A stretch of 64,000 nt of DNA from Vulcanimicrobiota bacterium (GCA_003243975.1 QHBJ01000018.1:37507-101506), one strand, 5' to 3'. Counted from the stretch's first letter, positions 28,888 through 38,484 are shown. Notes: generated by a model from the letters alone, not told the origin. Numbers and translations: made by a program.

Positions 28888-29769
28888 GTGAAGACTCTGG
28901 CCCGCCTCGCTCTGGCGGCTGCGGCGGTTGCCTTCGCAGCCGCAATCATGGGCAGTTGGACGCGCATCACCGGCGACGGCATGAGCTGTCCGCAATGGCC
29001 GGCATGCCGGTTAGCTGCAGGCACGGTATGGGAATGGTTGCACCGCGCTCTGGTAGCACTCGAACTCCCACTGGTTGCGGCGGTCCTTCTTACGGCTTGG
29101 CGCCGGCACCGCGCCGCCCGTTTTATTCCGGCGACCGGTCTCGCTGTGCTCGTGCTGTTTACGGTGCAAGTTGCCTTGGGCGCGGCGACCGTGCACCTTG
29201 CCAACAGCCCGATGTCGGTCGTGTGGCACTGGGGCACTGCAATGGCCTTCATTGCCGCTCTGCTGTCGCTCGCGATCGTCGCTTCCTTCGATCCCGCGGC
29301 CGCGACGAAAGTCGAAGCTTTGCCTCGCTTGTCGGTTTATGCCCTTGCCGCAACTTCGGCGGCCGCGTACCTAACGATGTGCGTCGGTGCATACGTCAGT
29401 TCGAGCGGAGCGGGCCTGGCTTGCCTAAGCTTGGCGAGTTGCGCCGGAAATGTCGTCGTGACGGACGCGGGCCAGTTCGTACAGATGCTGCACCGCGGTA
29501 TAGCGGCGGTTACGCTGCTCTTGGGAGCCGCAACTCTTACGCTTTGCCTGCGCGCGACACCGCACATTCGATCCCTTGCATCACTTGGACTCGGATTGCT
29601 CTTCGTACAGATTCTGCTGGGATTGTTCAACGTCGCGCTGCACCTGCCACTTGCATTGCGCGAAGCGCATGCAGCCAACGCTGCGTTGACCTTCATCATC
29701 TACATTACCGCCATTATCTTGGCGCTGGTTGACAGGTCGCGCGTCTCGCTTCTGAAGCTGGCAGCGTGA
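28888..29769 (+). CDS. ctaA: heme A synthase
   Basis: COX15/CtaA N-terminus with paired cysteines (CPQWPAC) and eight TM helices with conserved His. Confidence 0.85.
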   Translation: MKTLARLALAAAAVAFAAAIMGSWTRITGDGMSCPQWPACRLAAGTVWEWLHRALVALELPLVAAVLLTAWRRHRAARFIPATGLAVLVLFTVQVALGAATVHLANSPMSVVWHWGTAMAFIAALLSLAIVASFDPAAATKVEALPRLSVYALAATSAAAYLTMCVGAYVSSSGAGLACLSLASCAGNVVVTDAGQFVQMLHRGIAAVTLLLGAATLTLCLRATPHIRSLASLGLGLLFVQILLGLFNVALHLPLALREAHAANAALTFIIYITAIILALVDRSRVSLLKLAA

Positions 29770-30683
29770 GCAGCACGCTATCGCGCGTGGACGGTGTAGC
29801 TCCCTCCCGAAGCAGCGGGTTTCGCGGTTTGCTTGCGGACTTCTACGAACTGAGCAAGCCGCGCATCATTACGCTGCTGCTGATTACGACGGCCGCTGCA
29901 ATGGTGATGGCCGCGCGCGGCGTGCCACCGGCGGCCACGTTCGTATGGACGCTTCTCGGCGGCGCGCTGGCGGCCGCGTCCGCCGGTGCTTTCAACTGCA
30001 TCGTGGATTCCGATATCGATGGGCTTATGCGCCGCACTTGTGCGCGGCCCATTCCAACCGGCCGGCTCCGCGTGCGCGACGCATTGGCCTATGCCATCGC
30101 TACGGGTATTCTTTCGTTCGCGATTCTTGCGATAATGGTCAATCCGTTAGCTGCGTGGCTATCGCTAGCCGGCAATGTGTACTACGTAGTCATCTACACG
30201 ATACTGCTCAAGCGGGCAACGCCGCTGAACATCGTAATCGGCGGCGCGGCCGGCGCAATCCCGCCGCTGGTGGGGTGGGCGGCGGTTACGGGTACGCTCG
30301 GCGGCCCCGCACTGGCGCTCTTCGCTCTGATCTTTCTGTGGACGCCGCCGCACTTCTGGTCCCTCGCGCTGATGACGGAGAACGATTATGCGAAAGCCCG
30401 GATTCCAATGCTTCCGAACGTGCGCGGCCGGCTGCACACGAAGCGCGAGATTGTGGCCTACAGCCTGGTGCTGGTGGCATCGTCGCTGACATTCTATGCG
30501 CTCAACATCACCGGATGGATCTACTTTGTGGCCGCGGCGGTGTTGGGCGCACTCTTCATGTATTACGCGGGGCGCACCTATTCGGAAGAAACAACGATCT
30601 GGTCGCGCAAACTCTTTCGATTTTCACTCCTCTATTTGGCACTGATGTGCGCAAGCATGGTGCTGGACCGCCTGCTGCTCTAA
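29766..30683 (+). CDS. ctaB: protoheme IX farnesyltransferase (heme O synthase)
   Basis: UbiA-family prenyltransferase; start overlaps the ctaA stop (coupled). Confidence 0.85.
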   Translation: MSSTLSRVDGVAPSRSSGFRGLLADFYELSKPRIITLLLITTAAAMVMAARGVPPAATFVWTLLGGALAAASAGAFNCIVDSDIDGLMRRTCARPIPTGRLRVRDALAYAIATGILSFAILAIMVNPLAAWLSLAGNVYYVVIYTILLKRATPLNIVIGGAAGAIPPLVGWAAVTGTLGGPALALFALIFLWTPPHFWSLALMTENDYAKARIPMLPNVRGRLHTKREIVAYSLVLVASSLTFYALNITGWIYFVAAAVLGALFMYYAGRTYSEETTIWSRKLFRFSLLYLALMCASMVLDRLLL

Positions 30684-30690
30684 GTTCTGC

Positions 30691-32070
30691 GTGAGCCAAA
30701 CCACGGTGGCCGGCCACGAGCTGGATCGCGCCGCGCTGCCCCTTCTGCTGACCCTCGGCCTCGGAGTATTTGCGGGCGCGCTCGATCTGGGTGTGCTTTC
30801 GCCGGCCTTGCCCGCGATGGCGCACACCTTCGCAGTAGCCCCGGCAAACCTATCTTGGATCTTCACCATCTATCTGCTCGGAAACGTCTTAAGCATTTCG
30901 GTTGCAGCCGCACTAGCCGACCGTTACGGCCGGCGGCCTATTTACGTGGGTTGCGTTGCCCTCTTTGCAATCGGCAGTGCGCTCGCCGTTGCGGCACCCT
31001 CGTACCAGATATTTCTGGCGGCGCGCGCGCTGCAAGCGCTGGGTGCGGGGGGAATCTTCCCCGTCGCGACGGCGGCGATTGCCGACTGTATTCCATCGCA
31101 ACGCCGCGGGGCGGCCCTGGGGTTAGTCGCCGCGACTTGGGGACTCGCCGCTGTCATGGGCCCGCTGCTGGGGGGCGTGCTCACGCACTTTTTTTCGTGG
31201 CGCTGGATCTTTATCGGCAATTTTCCGCTGGCAGCCGTCGTAATCGCGCTGGCGATTCGTACCGTACCGGCCAACGCGCCGCGCGTACGCGGCCCGTTGG
31301 ATATCGGTGGCCTGGCGCTGCTGATCTTGGGCCTGTGGGGCGTAAGCGCCGGTCTTACCACCAACGTTGGCGGCTATGCCGCGGCGGGCATCTTGCTTCT
31401 AGCGGCACTGATCTTGTGGGAACGCCGCCGGCCTTTCCCGCTGCTGGCTCCGCAGCTATTTGCAAACCGGAACTTACGCATCACCTACGCCCTGGAAGTA
31501 CTCATTGGCATCCTGGAGGGCTCGCTGTTTTTCATCCCGAGCGTTCTGGTAATCGAGCAGCATATGAGTGCAGCTGGCGCCGGCGGGATCGCCGCGGTCG
31601 GCGCCATCGTCTTTGTCGCCGTGATCCCGGTTTCGGGTCGTGCGATTGACCGGCTGGGGCCGCGGCCGGTTCTCCTCGCAGGTGCGATCGCCGCGACCAC
31701 CGGCCTTTTGATCTTTACGCTCGGCTTCGATTCGTTGGCGCTAACGCTCTTGGCGATGGTGATAGCCGGCGTCGGTTTCGGATCGCTGCTGGGCGCGCCG
31801 ACACGCTACATCGTAACGCGCGAAGCACCCGCCGCGAATCGCGCAACGGCAATCGGGCTTTTAAGCCAATTCCTCATCTTCGGTCAGATCGCCGGCACCT
31901 CGCTGGCCGGCGGCATGATGCACGTAGCCAAAAGTGTGCACCGCGGTTTCTTCTTGGAATACGCGGCTTTCACGGTTACCGGTGCGGTTGCCGCGCTTGC
32001 AATATTGACACTACGTGCCGCGGCGAATAGCAAGTCCGATTCGGTAGAACCCCCAACCGAACGCGCATAG
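30691..32070 (+). CDS. MFS transporter
   Basis: 12-14 TM helices; MFS loop motif (DRYGRRP). Confidence 0.8.
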   Translation: MSQTTVAGHELDRAALPLLLTLGLGVFAGALDLGVLSPALPAMAHTFAVAPANLSWIFTIYLLGNVLSISVAAALADRYGRRPIYVGCVALFAIGSALAVAAPSYQIFLAARALQALGAGGIFPVATAAIADCIPSQRRGAALGLVAATWGLAAVMGPLLGGVLTHFFSWRWIFIGNFPLAAVVIALAIRTVPANAPRVRGPLDIGGLALLILGLWGVSAGLTTNVGGYAAAGILLLAALILWERRRPFPLLAPQLFANRNLRITYALEVLIGILEGSLFFIPSVLVIEQHMSAAGAGGIAAVGAIVFVAVIPVSGRAIDRLGPRPVLLAGAIAATTGLLIFTLGFDSLALTLLAMVIAGVGFGSLLGAPTRYIVTREAPAANRATAIGLLSQFLIFGQIAGTSLAGGMMHVAKSVHRGFFLEYAAFTVTGAVAALAILTLRAAANSKSDSVEPPTERA

Positions 32071-32886
32071 AATAAGAAGGAAAGCCGCCAGGTCGGCTAA
32101 GCCGGAGAATCCGGCAACCGCATTACCGCAGATGGCGACGGCGGCCCGCGAAAGAGCCAGATCCAAGCGCGCAAGCGGATTGCCGGCGCCTCCTTGCAGA
32201 GCGCGAAGCTCCGCTAGAATACCCGCCGGGTTCCACCCGGCGTCATCGCTCGCGTAGCGAATGACGCCGGCCGCATCGATGAGAATCATGCGCTCGTTGT
32301 GGATGAAGCTTCCGCGCGCGTCTTCGAGCGGTTGCACGCCGAACCGAGCGGCAAAGTCGAGCACTGCGTCGGGTGCACCGGTACCGATTGACCAACGCGC
32401 GGCATCGGCGCCGAAGAGAGCCGCATACTTGCGCAAGACGGCCGGACGGTCGTACTGGGGGTCGAGCGTTATTTCCACCAAATGCGTACGGTCGTTTCTC
32501 AACGCCGCCTGCAACCGGCCAAACTTGGCCGAGATAAGCGGGCATTCACGCGGGTCGTGGCAACGCGTATAGATGAAAGAGAGAACGACCTCACGGCCGC
32601 GCAACCCCGTAAGAGAGAACGGCTTTCCGTTCTGATCGGTAAACGTGGTGCCCGGAACGCGATCGCCTTCCTGCAGAATGCGAACGTTCCGAATGATGGG
32701 CGGGCTCGAAAATGACCGTGCCGCCGACGCCGCCTGGGCCGCACATCCCAGGAGCAGAAGCGCCAGGGCGGAAGCCCTAACGATGAAATTCCGCCGGTTC
32801 GACCGCCGCGCGTACGTGGTTCGCCGCCCCTGGACGGCATCCGAGCGGCGCGTAGTTTGGCACGGTATGATGGGCCGGTTAGCCAT
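32011..32886 (-). CDS. SCO1/SenC-like thioredoxin-fold copper chaperone with C-terminal hydrophobic extension
   Basis: FIYTRCHDPRECP resembles the SCO CxxxCP site but with five residues between the cysteines; a hydrophobic segment LADLAAFLLILCAFGWGF lies at the C-terminus. Start uncertain (the ORF extends to 32940). Confidence 0.55.
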   Translation of the reverse strand: MANRPIIPCQTTRRSDAVQGRRTTYARRSNRRNFIVRASALALLLLGCAAQAASAARSFSSPPIIRNVRILQEGDRVPGTTFTDQNGKPFSLTGLRGREVVLSFIYTRCHDPRECPLISAKFGRLQAALRNDRTHLVEITLDPQYDRPAVLRKYAALFGADAARWSIGTGAPDAVLDFAARFGVQPLEDARGSFIHNERMILIDAAGVIRYASDDAGWNPAGILAELRALQGGAGNPLARLDLALSRAAVAICGNAVAGFSGLADLAAFLLILCAFGWGFYRIGLAIRRGT

Positions 32887-33361
32887 CGCGGCTGAACCGT
32901 TCTTGGGCACCATTTTCTTTGCTTTTCTAACGTGGGGCATTATCTGGCGTGCTCACCACTCTCAAGCCCCCGACGCGGGCTCGATCATCGTCATTGCGCC
33001 GATCTTCGCACTGGGTGCTCTGGCCTTCACCGTGTATGCTATCGCCGTCATGACGGCACCGATACGAGCTTTCCTGCAGACCTTCGCACCCATCTATATC
33101 GTGGACGGCTATGTTCGTTACCGGCCGCCCGACGAGTTCTCCGATGTCGACTCCAGCGGATACGTCGCCGTGCTCTTTGAAGATCGCGATCTCGCGTGCG
33201 AATGGGAAGCCTTCGGCGAGCAGGCGCTGCCCGAGCGAACGATCCCGGCGCTGAGCGAATTCTCTACCTACGGAGGCATTCATAAAATCGATGGAGTTGC
33301 AACCGGCGTGCTGCCGGAAAGGACCACGCCCTTCATGATCGGCCTCGCCCGGCGTCTATGA
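32783..33361 (+). CDS. hypothetical membrane protein
   Basis: Start at MKFRRFDRR; two or three predicted TM helices, then a soluble C-terminal domain. Confidence 0.4.
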   Translation: MKFRRFDRRAYVVRRPWTASERRVVWHGMMGRLAIAAEPFLGTIFFAFLTWGIIWRAHHSQAPDAGSIIVIAPIFALGALAFTVYAIAVMTAPIRAFLQTFAPIYIVDGYVRYRPPDEFSDVDSSGYVAVLFEDRDLACEWEAFGEQALPERTIPALSEFSTYGGIHKIDGVATGVLPERTTPFMIGLARRL

Positions 33362-33408
33362 GCTCGAACGTCGTTAGACCCAGCACGCTTTTCGGGAAAG
33401 CGCCGAAG

Positions 33409-33775
33409 ATGATTCGGAGCATTCGCGCCGCCGTTGCATTCGGCGCACTCTCGGCACTCTTTCCCGCCGCGTTGCCCGGCGCAGAATGCGCCGGCGCCCG
33501 CGCCCGCGCCCACCGGCTCGCCCGCAGCGACGGGCGGCGACATCATTCTGGACGCTACGGTTCACATCGACCGGCTCCGCTACGATACCACCCCGCAGAA
33601 AGCGAACGTTCGGCTGAGCGGAGTCCGCAATTGTTCCAGCGCCTACACCGCGCGGCGCATCAACCTTCCTGAACATCCGAAGCCCGGCGTGACCTATCGG
33701 AACGTCACGATCGTTTTGCACGCTGCCGGAAGCGTGACGAAAGATCGTGCACTCATCCAATGCTCGCCGAGCTGA
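33409..33775 (+). pseudogene. small secreted protein interrupted by a frameshift
   Basis: Signal peptide MIRSIRAAVAFGALSALFPAALPGA in frame 1; the protein-like continuation (NAPAPAPAPTGSPAATGGDIILDATVHIDRLRYDTT...) is in frame 2. The junction lies around 33478-33495 within a (GCGCCC)3 repeat. Confidence 0.4.
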
Positions 33776-34545
33776 CTGCACTCAACGACAGGAGTATCAG
33801 CAACGAAGTGGCTTATCGCACCACTGGCCGCCATCGTCCTTTTAGGCACGGCACAGGCGTCCAAAGCTGACACCCAAATCGCGCAGCTTGCGCCCAATCC
33901 CACCATCACCAATCCGCCACCTCCCCGCACGAGTTCGAACGATCCCGACGTGCTTCTACAAATACCGAACCTTTCGGTGCAGCGAATCACCCTGCAGGTC
34001 GACAAACTGCAGGCGCACGTCAACCTGGATGCCAAGGTCGCCAACCTTCGCTCGCTCATCGCCGGTGTAGACGAGCATCGATAAAGTACGCTTGGAGATC
34101 GACGGGGTCAAAGCCAGCGTCACGCTGCGCGTGCGCCTGGACAACGTGGCCTACATTATCGACCGCACGCTCACAACGCTCGATCGCAACCCGCGTCGAC
34201 CACCTGCGTTCGACTGTCGACAACACCGTGAACACCGTCGGAAACATTGCTCAAACGGCGCTCGCGCCCGGTGGTTTCCTGACTCAAACGGTCAACACGC
34301 TTGGGCAAACCGTCAACCATACTGTGGACACCGCGGGCAATATCGTTGAGAAAACCGTGGGGTCTTCCGGAGCAGCCATCGGCTCGCGCATTATCGGAAA
34401 TGTGCTGCAGTTGCCCGCAGTCGGCGCGACGAGCACCGACAGCAGCGGAAACACGGTCAAGACTGTGCGCGACAGCACCGGCGAGCTGATGAGAATCGTC
34501 ATCAACCAGGCCGGCCGTTTGCTTAGCGCCTCGAAGGGCTAGAGC
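33776..34545 (+). pseudogene. secreted 11-residue-repeat protein split across three reading frames
   Basis: The signal peptide (KWLIAPLAAIVLLGTAQASKA...) runs in frame to a stop at 34084. Protein-like sequence continues in a second frame (IDKVRLEIDGVKASVTLRVRLDNVAYIIDRTLTTLDRNP), then in a third (VDHLRSTVDNTVNTVGNIAQ...TVNTLGQTVNH TVDTAGNIVEK...). Confidence 0.4.
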
Positions 34546-34598
34546 CCGGCCGCTCACGATGCAAAAGAACCGGTGCGTTGCGCCGGCTCTTCTCTCTC

Positions 34599-34775
34599 TC
34601 AGAGGTGCATGCGCAGCGTTCTGGCCCATGGCCACAGGTGACCGTACGAGGCAAGCAGCACCGTGAACGCTCCGATTGCGAAGATCGCCAGGAGCCCGCT
34701 GACGACTGCAACCCGGACCAGCATCGGCACGCCCCGGCTGACCGGTACGCCACGTTCGTCCTGCACGTCGTACAC
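34599..34775 (-). CDS. possible unannotated small single-TM membrane protein downstream of cox subunit IV
   Basis: About 58 codons from a GTG overlapping the upstream stop (or 41 aa from an internal ATG): MLVRVAVVSGLLAIFAIGAFTVLLASYGHLWPWARTLRMHL. Not in the ORF track; below the length cut-off. Confidence 0.2.
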   Translation of the reverse strand: MYDVQDERGVPVSRGVPMLVRVAVVSGLLAIFAIGAFTVLLASYGHLWPWARTLRMHL

Positions 34776-34987
34776 TACGCCTTGCCTCCAAAGTTTCCGA
34801 GCACGCCGATAGCGGCAAAAAGCGCGAGTACCGCGCCCAGCGCCAGCAGCCCAAGCATTACCTTGAACACCTGGTTCTCAAGCCCCGGGGTTTTCCAGTC
34901 ATTCTTAAGCGCCACCAAGGCGGCAGCGGCCACCACGATCGCGCCCACAACGGCAACCACGCGCTCCAACCTAACGATGTCCATCAT
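34775..34987 (-). CDS. ctaF: putative cytochrome c oxidase subunit IV (small 2-TM protein)
   Basis: 70-aa hydrophobic protein immediately downstream of subunit III in the same orientation, the position of CtaF/CoxIV in caa3 operons. Confidence 0.45.
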   Translation of the reverse strand: MMDIVRLERVVAVVGAIVVAAAALVALKNDWKTPGLENQVFKVMLGLLALGAVLALFAAIGVLGNFGGKA

Positions 34988-35000
34988 ACGCTCTGCCGCA

Positions 35001-35630
35001 TCAGATGAGATAGAAGATCGAGAATAACAACACCCAGATCACGTCAACGAAGTGCCAGTACAGTGTGCCGGCGGTAAGGCCGAAGTACTTTTGCGGCGTA
35101 TACTTGCCCATCACCGACTGCATCAGCAGCACCGTCAGAAAACAAACGCCTGCGAAGACGTGCAGCCCGTGCATTCCCGTCAGCGTGAAGAATGAAGCGC
35201 CGAAGATTCCGCTGCCGGACCACGTGTGGTGCAGGCGCGCCATAAGCGTATAGTACTCGTAGCCCTGACCGCCCAGAAACGTGACGCCGAGCACGATCGT
35301 CGCAATCAACCAGTTGGCGTACTTCATGAAGTGCCCGTGCTTCCAGTTCTCCAATGCAAAATGCATCGTCGTTCCCGAACCAAAGAGCACCACGGAGTTG
35401 AAGGCCGCAAACGCCACATCCAGGCGGTTGATTCCCGGCGGCGGCCATCCCTGGCCCGAGTTTCGCAGGTAGAGGTACGCGAAGATGAACGAACTGAAGA
35501 GCACCAGGTCGCTGACCATGAACAGCAGGAAGCCGTTGAGTCGAAGGTCGCGCGTTTCGGCGTAGAGGCGATCGACCTCGCCGTGCGTTTGCGCGCCCGC
35601 AACCGGATATGAAGACGAAGCCAGAGCCAT
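35001..35630 (-). CDS. ctaE: cytochrome c oxidase subunit III
   Basis: Typical CoxIII sequence (GFLLFMVSDLVLFSSFIFAYLY...HHTWSGSGIFG...YWHFVDVIWVLLF). Confidence 0.9.
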   Translation of the reverse strand: MALASSSYPVAGAQTHGEVDRLYAETRDLRLNGFLLFMVSDLVLFSSFIFAYLYLRNSGQGWPPPGINRLDVAFAAFNSVVLFGSGTTMHFALENWKHGHFMKYANWLIATIVLGVTFLGGQGYEYYTLMARLHHTWSGSGIFGASFFTLTGMHGLHVFAGVCFLTVLLMQSVMGKYTPQKYFGLTAGTLYWHFVDVIWVLLFSIFYLI

Positions 35631-35633
35631 GCC

Positions 35634-37319
35634 CTAATGCCCCGCCGGAACGGGCGCCGGAACGCTGGGATCGAGTTCGCCTTCCAGACCGCGATACGGC
35701 AGCGGCTCGGCGAAATCGTACGGTGCGGCAAAGACCGCCGGGACGTGCTTGAAGTTGTAGTACGGCGGCGGCGAAGGAATCTGCCATTCAAGCGTGCGCG
35801 CATTCCAGGGGTTTGGGCCGGCCTTGCGCCCGTTGCGCAGACTGTAGAGCGCGTTGATGAAGAACAGCAGCAATGCCGCGGTCATCACGAATGAAAATGC
35901 GGTCGCCACGATATTCCACGTTTGAAATTGCGGATCGTACGTTGCCACCCGGCGCGGCATCCCCAGCAGACCGAGCCAGTGCATCGGAATGAACGTACCG
36001 TTGAATCCGATGAAGAACAGCCAGAACGTCCATTTGCCCAGCGTCTCATTCATCATCCGCCCGGACATCTTGGGATACCAGAAATGGACGCCGCCGAGGA
36101 TGGCCATTAGGGATCCGCCGACCAGCACGTAGTGCAAGTGCGCGACGATGAAATACGTTCCGTGCGCGTGCAAATCAAACGGTACGGCCGCCAAGAAGAC
36201 GCCCGTGATGCCGCCGAAGGTGAACGTCGCGATGAATCCCACCGCAAAGAGCATCGCTGTGCTGAACTGAATCTTGCCTCCCCACAGCGTGGTCAGCCAG
36301 GAGAATATCTTGATGCCCGTCGGGATGGCGATGAAGAACGTGAGGATCATGAACGGAAGCTGCAGCCAGGGGGCCAGGCCCGAGGTAAACATATGGTGCG
36401 CCCATACCATGAAGCCCAGTAGCGCGATGGCTACCGAGCTGAAGGCGATCATCTTGTAACCGAAAATGGGCTTGCGCGCGAACGTCGGCAGAATCTCCGA
36501 GATCATCCCAAAGGCCGGCAAAATCATGATGTAAACCGCCGGATGCGAGTAGAACCAGAACATGTGCTGCCAGAGCACCGGGCTGCCGCCCTTGGTCGGG
36601 TCGAAGAACGGCACGCCGAACTGCCGCTCGATGAAGAGCGCGGCGAGCGCCGCGCCTAGCGCGGTGGTTGCAATCATCAGTAGGGGGGCAGTTGCAAACT
36701 GCGCCCAGCAGAACAGCGGCATGCGAGTAAAAGTCATCCCGGGCGCGCGCATCTTGAGCAAGGTTACCAGGAAGTTGATGCCGGTCATCGTCGAGCTGAC
36801 GCCGATCAGAAAGATCGCCGCGGCCCACATCGAGGTGCCGGCTGCGCCTTGCAGCGACATCGGCGGATACTCGGTCCAGCCCGCCACCGGCGCGCCCATC
36901 AGGAACGAGGAGTAGAGCATCAATCCGGCCGGGGGAAAAATCCAAAAACTGACCATGTTCAGCCATGGAAAAGCGACATCGCGCGCGCCGATCTGCAGCG
37001 GGAAGACGAAGTTTCCGAAACCCCCCGTGAGCAGCGGAATGATGACGAGCCAAACCATCGTCGAGCCGTGAATGGAGTACAGCTCGTTATACGTGTCGGG
37101 ATTGACGAGCGCACCGCTGTGGTGCATCAGCTGCACGCGAATCAGCTCGGCCAGCAGACCGCCCAAACCCATGAAGACGAAGGACGTGATGATGTACTGG
37201 ATTCCGATGATCTTGTGATCGATCGAAAAGATGTACTTGCGTACGAACGTCTGCGGTTCGGGGTGGATGTGATCGGCGACCCCGCCTCCATGTACCTCGC
37301 CGTGCACTGCAACCGACAT
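35634..37319 (-). CDS. ctaD: cytochrome c oxidase subunit I
   Basis: 561 aa with conserved heme/Cu_B ligand blocks (WLFSIDHK-like start, HHMF, GMPRR). Confidence 0.9.
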   Translation of the reverse strand: MSVAVHGEVHGGGVADHIHPEPQTFVRKYIFSIDHKIIGIQYIITSFVFMGLGGLLAELIRVQLMHHSGALVNPDTYNELYSIHGSTMVWLVIIPLLTGGFGNFVFPLQIGARDVAFPWLNMVSFWIFPPAGLMLYSSFLMGAPVAGWTEYPPMSLQGAAGTSMWAAAIFLIGVSSTMTGINFLVTLLKMRAPGMTFTRMPLFCWAQFATAPLLMIATTALGAALAALFIERQFGVPFFDPTKGGSPVLWQHMFWFYSHPAVYIMILPAFGMISEILPTFARKPIFGYKMIAFSSVAIALLGFMVWAHHMFTSGLAPWLQLPFMILTFFIAIPTGIKIFSWLTTLWGGKIQFSTAMLFAVGFIATFTFGGITGVFLAAVPFDLHAHGTYFIVAHLHYVLVGGSLMAILGGVHFWYPKMSGRMMNETLGKWTFWLFFIGFNGTFIPMHWLGLLGMPRRVATYDPQFQTWNIVATAFSFVMTAALLLFFINALYSLRNGRKAGPNPWNARTLEWQIPSPPPYYNFKHVPAVFAAPYDFAEPLPYRGLEGELDPSVPAPVPAGH

Positions 37320-37331
37320 TCCTAGGTCCCT

Positions 37332-38438
37332 CTACTTCAGCGTTTTCAAGTAAGCCACAAGGTTTGCAACGTCTTTAGCACTCAAGCCATTGGCGCCCAT
37401 GCTCGGCATCTGGCCCATGTCACCATGGTACCCGTTTTGCAGAATCTTCGCCACGTTCTCCGGCGTAGCCGGATTGCCGTCCACCAGCTTAGGATGGGCG
37501 GGGTCGTCCAGCACCTTGTCCAGCCCCGGTCCGACCACGCGCTTCTCGAAGCCGTTCGTGGCCGCCCCGTGGCATGCGATGCATTTCTGCGCGAAGAGCG
37601 CCTTGCCGGCGGCAGCGTCACCGCCGGCCAAACTAACCGGCGGTCCGCCTCCGCCTGCTGGAACCGCGTCGCTTGCGTGAGCGTTCTTCGACTTCCAACC
37701 GGAGAGCCAGGCGATGAATTTAGCCTGCGGCTCGATGACGACGACCTGTTTATGCATCTCACCGTGCAGCGTGCCGCAGAACTCCGTGCAGATGATCTCA
37801 TAGCGGCCGGGGTTGGTCGGCGTAAAGCGCAGCGTGTTGATCAGGCCGGGCACCATGTCGGCCTTCAGGCGTATGGCCGGAATCCAGAACGAGTGGATGA
37901 CGTCTTGCGCTGTGGTGTGCAGTGTAACCGGAACATTGGCCGGCAAGTGCATCTCGTTCGGGATCGTGCCGTGTACGCCCGGGTAGCGAAAATCGTAAAA
38001 CCATTGGTGACCGATCGCCTCGACGACCAAGCCGCTGTTGGGCTGAACTTGGATGCCGTACCAGATCTTTATGCTGAAGATGCCCAGTACGATGATGAAA
38101 ATGGTCGGCACGATCGTCCACCACATCTCCAACGATTGGCTATCGTGAATCTGCACGCCGACGGCGTCTGGTGCATCCGAGGAGCGGCGGCGGAATGCAA
38201 GAGAAAAGTACAGCAGGTACCCGATAACAAAAATAAAGACGACGCTCGAACTTGCTACTAGAAATTTGAAGAGCGCGTCGATCTGGTCGGCCGGAATAGC
38301 GGCCTCAGGCAGCAGGCGTTGCACCGGATAGAGCACGGTGGCGACCACGGCAATCAAGCTCAACACCGCGAGCACGGCGGTGACCAGCCAAAAACCCCGC
38401 TCGAGTTTTACGGCCGGATCCCGATTCTCTACTGCCAA
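37332..38438 (-). CDS. ctaC: cytochrome c oxidase subunit II fused to a C-terminal cytochrome c domain (caa3-type)
   Basis: Cu_A site (HSFWIPAIRLKADMVPG...ICTEFCGTLHGEMH) plus a C-terminal CIACHG heme-binding motif. TTG start preceded by GGGAGA. Confidence 0.9.
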   Translation of the reverse strand: MAVENRDPAVKLERGFWLVTAVLAVLSLIAVVATVLYPVQRLLPEAAIPADQIDALFKFLVASSSVVFIFVIGYLLYFSLAFRRRSSDAPDAVGVQIHDSQSLEMWWTIVPTIFIIVLGIFSIKIWYGIQVQPNSGLVVEAIGHQWFYDFRYPGVHGTIPNEMHLPANVPVTLHTTAQDVIHSFWIPAIRLKADMVPGLINTLRFTPTNPGRYEIICTEFCGTLHGEMHKQVVVIEPQAKFIAWLSGWKSKNAHASDAVPAGGGGPPVSLAGGDAAAGKALFAQKCIACHGAATNGFEKRVVGPGLDKVLDDPAHPKLVDGNPATPENVAKILQNGYHGDMGQMPSMGANGLSAKDVANLVAYLKTLK

Positions 38439-38464
38439 AAAACGCTTCTCCCCACGATGCTGCG

Positions 38465-38484
38465 GCCTACATTAGATTGTAGGC
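38465..38484. promoter_or_regulatory. inverted repeat GCCTACA-N6-TGTAGGC between the nanE stop and the cox operon start
   Basis: 7-bp perfect arms with a 6-nt spacer, about 30 nt upstream of the coxII TTG. Candidate operator or terminator stem. Confidence 0.25.

Noticed and set aside
33476-33495. (GCGCCC)3 tandem repeat
   Set aside because: Too short to be a repeat element; it is noted only as the likely site of the frameshift in the small secreted protein gene.
33374-34854. Minus-strand ORFs 33374..33781, 33694..34059 and 34171..34854
   Set aside because: They overlap the frameshifted secreted-protein genes on the plus strand, which carry signal peptides and repeat structure; the minus-strand frames are Arg/Cys-rich and featureless.
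36175-37053. 292-aa minus-strand ORF inside coxI in another frame
   Set aside because: It lies out of frame within the highly conserved CoxI gene; its His/Arg/Gly-rich composition marks it as an artefact.
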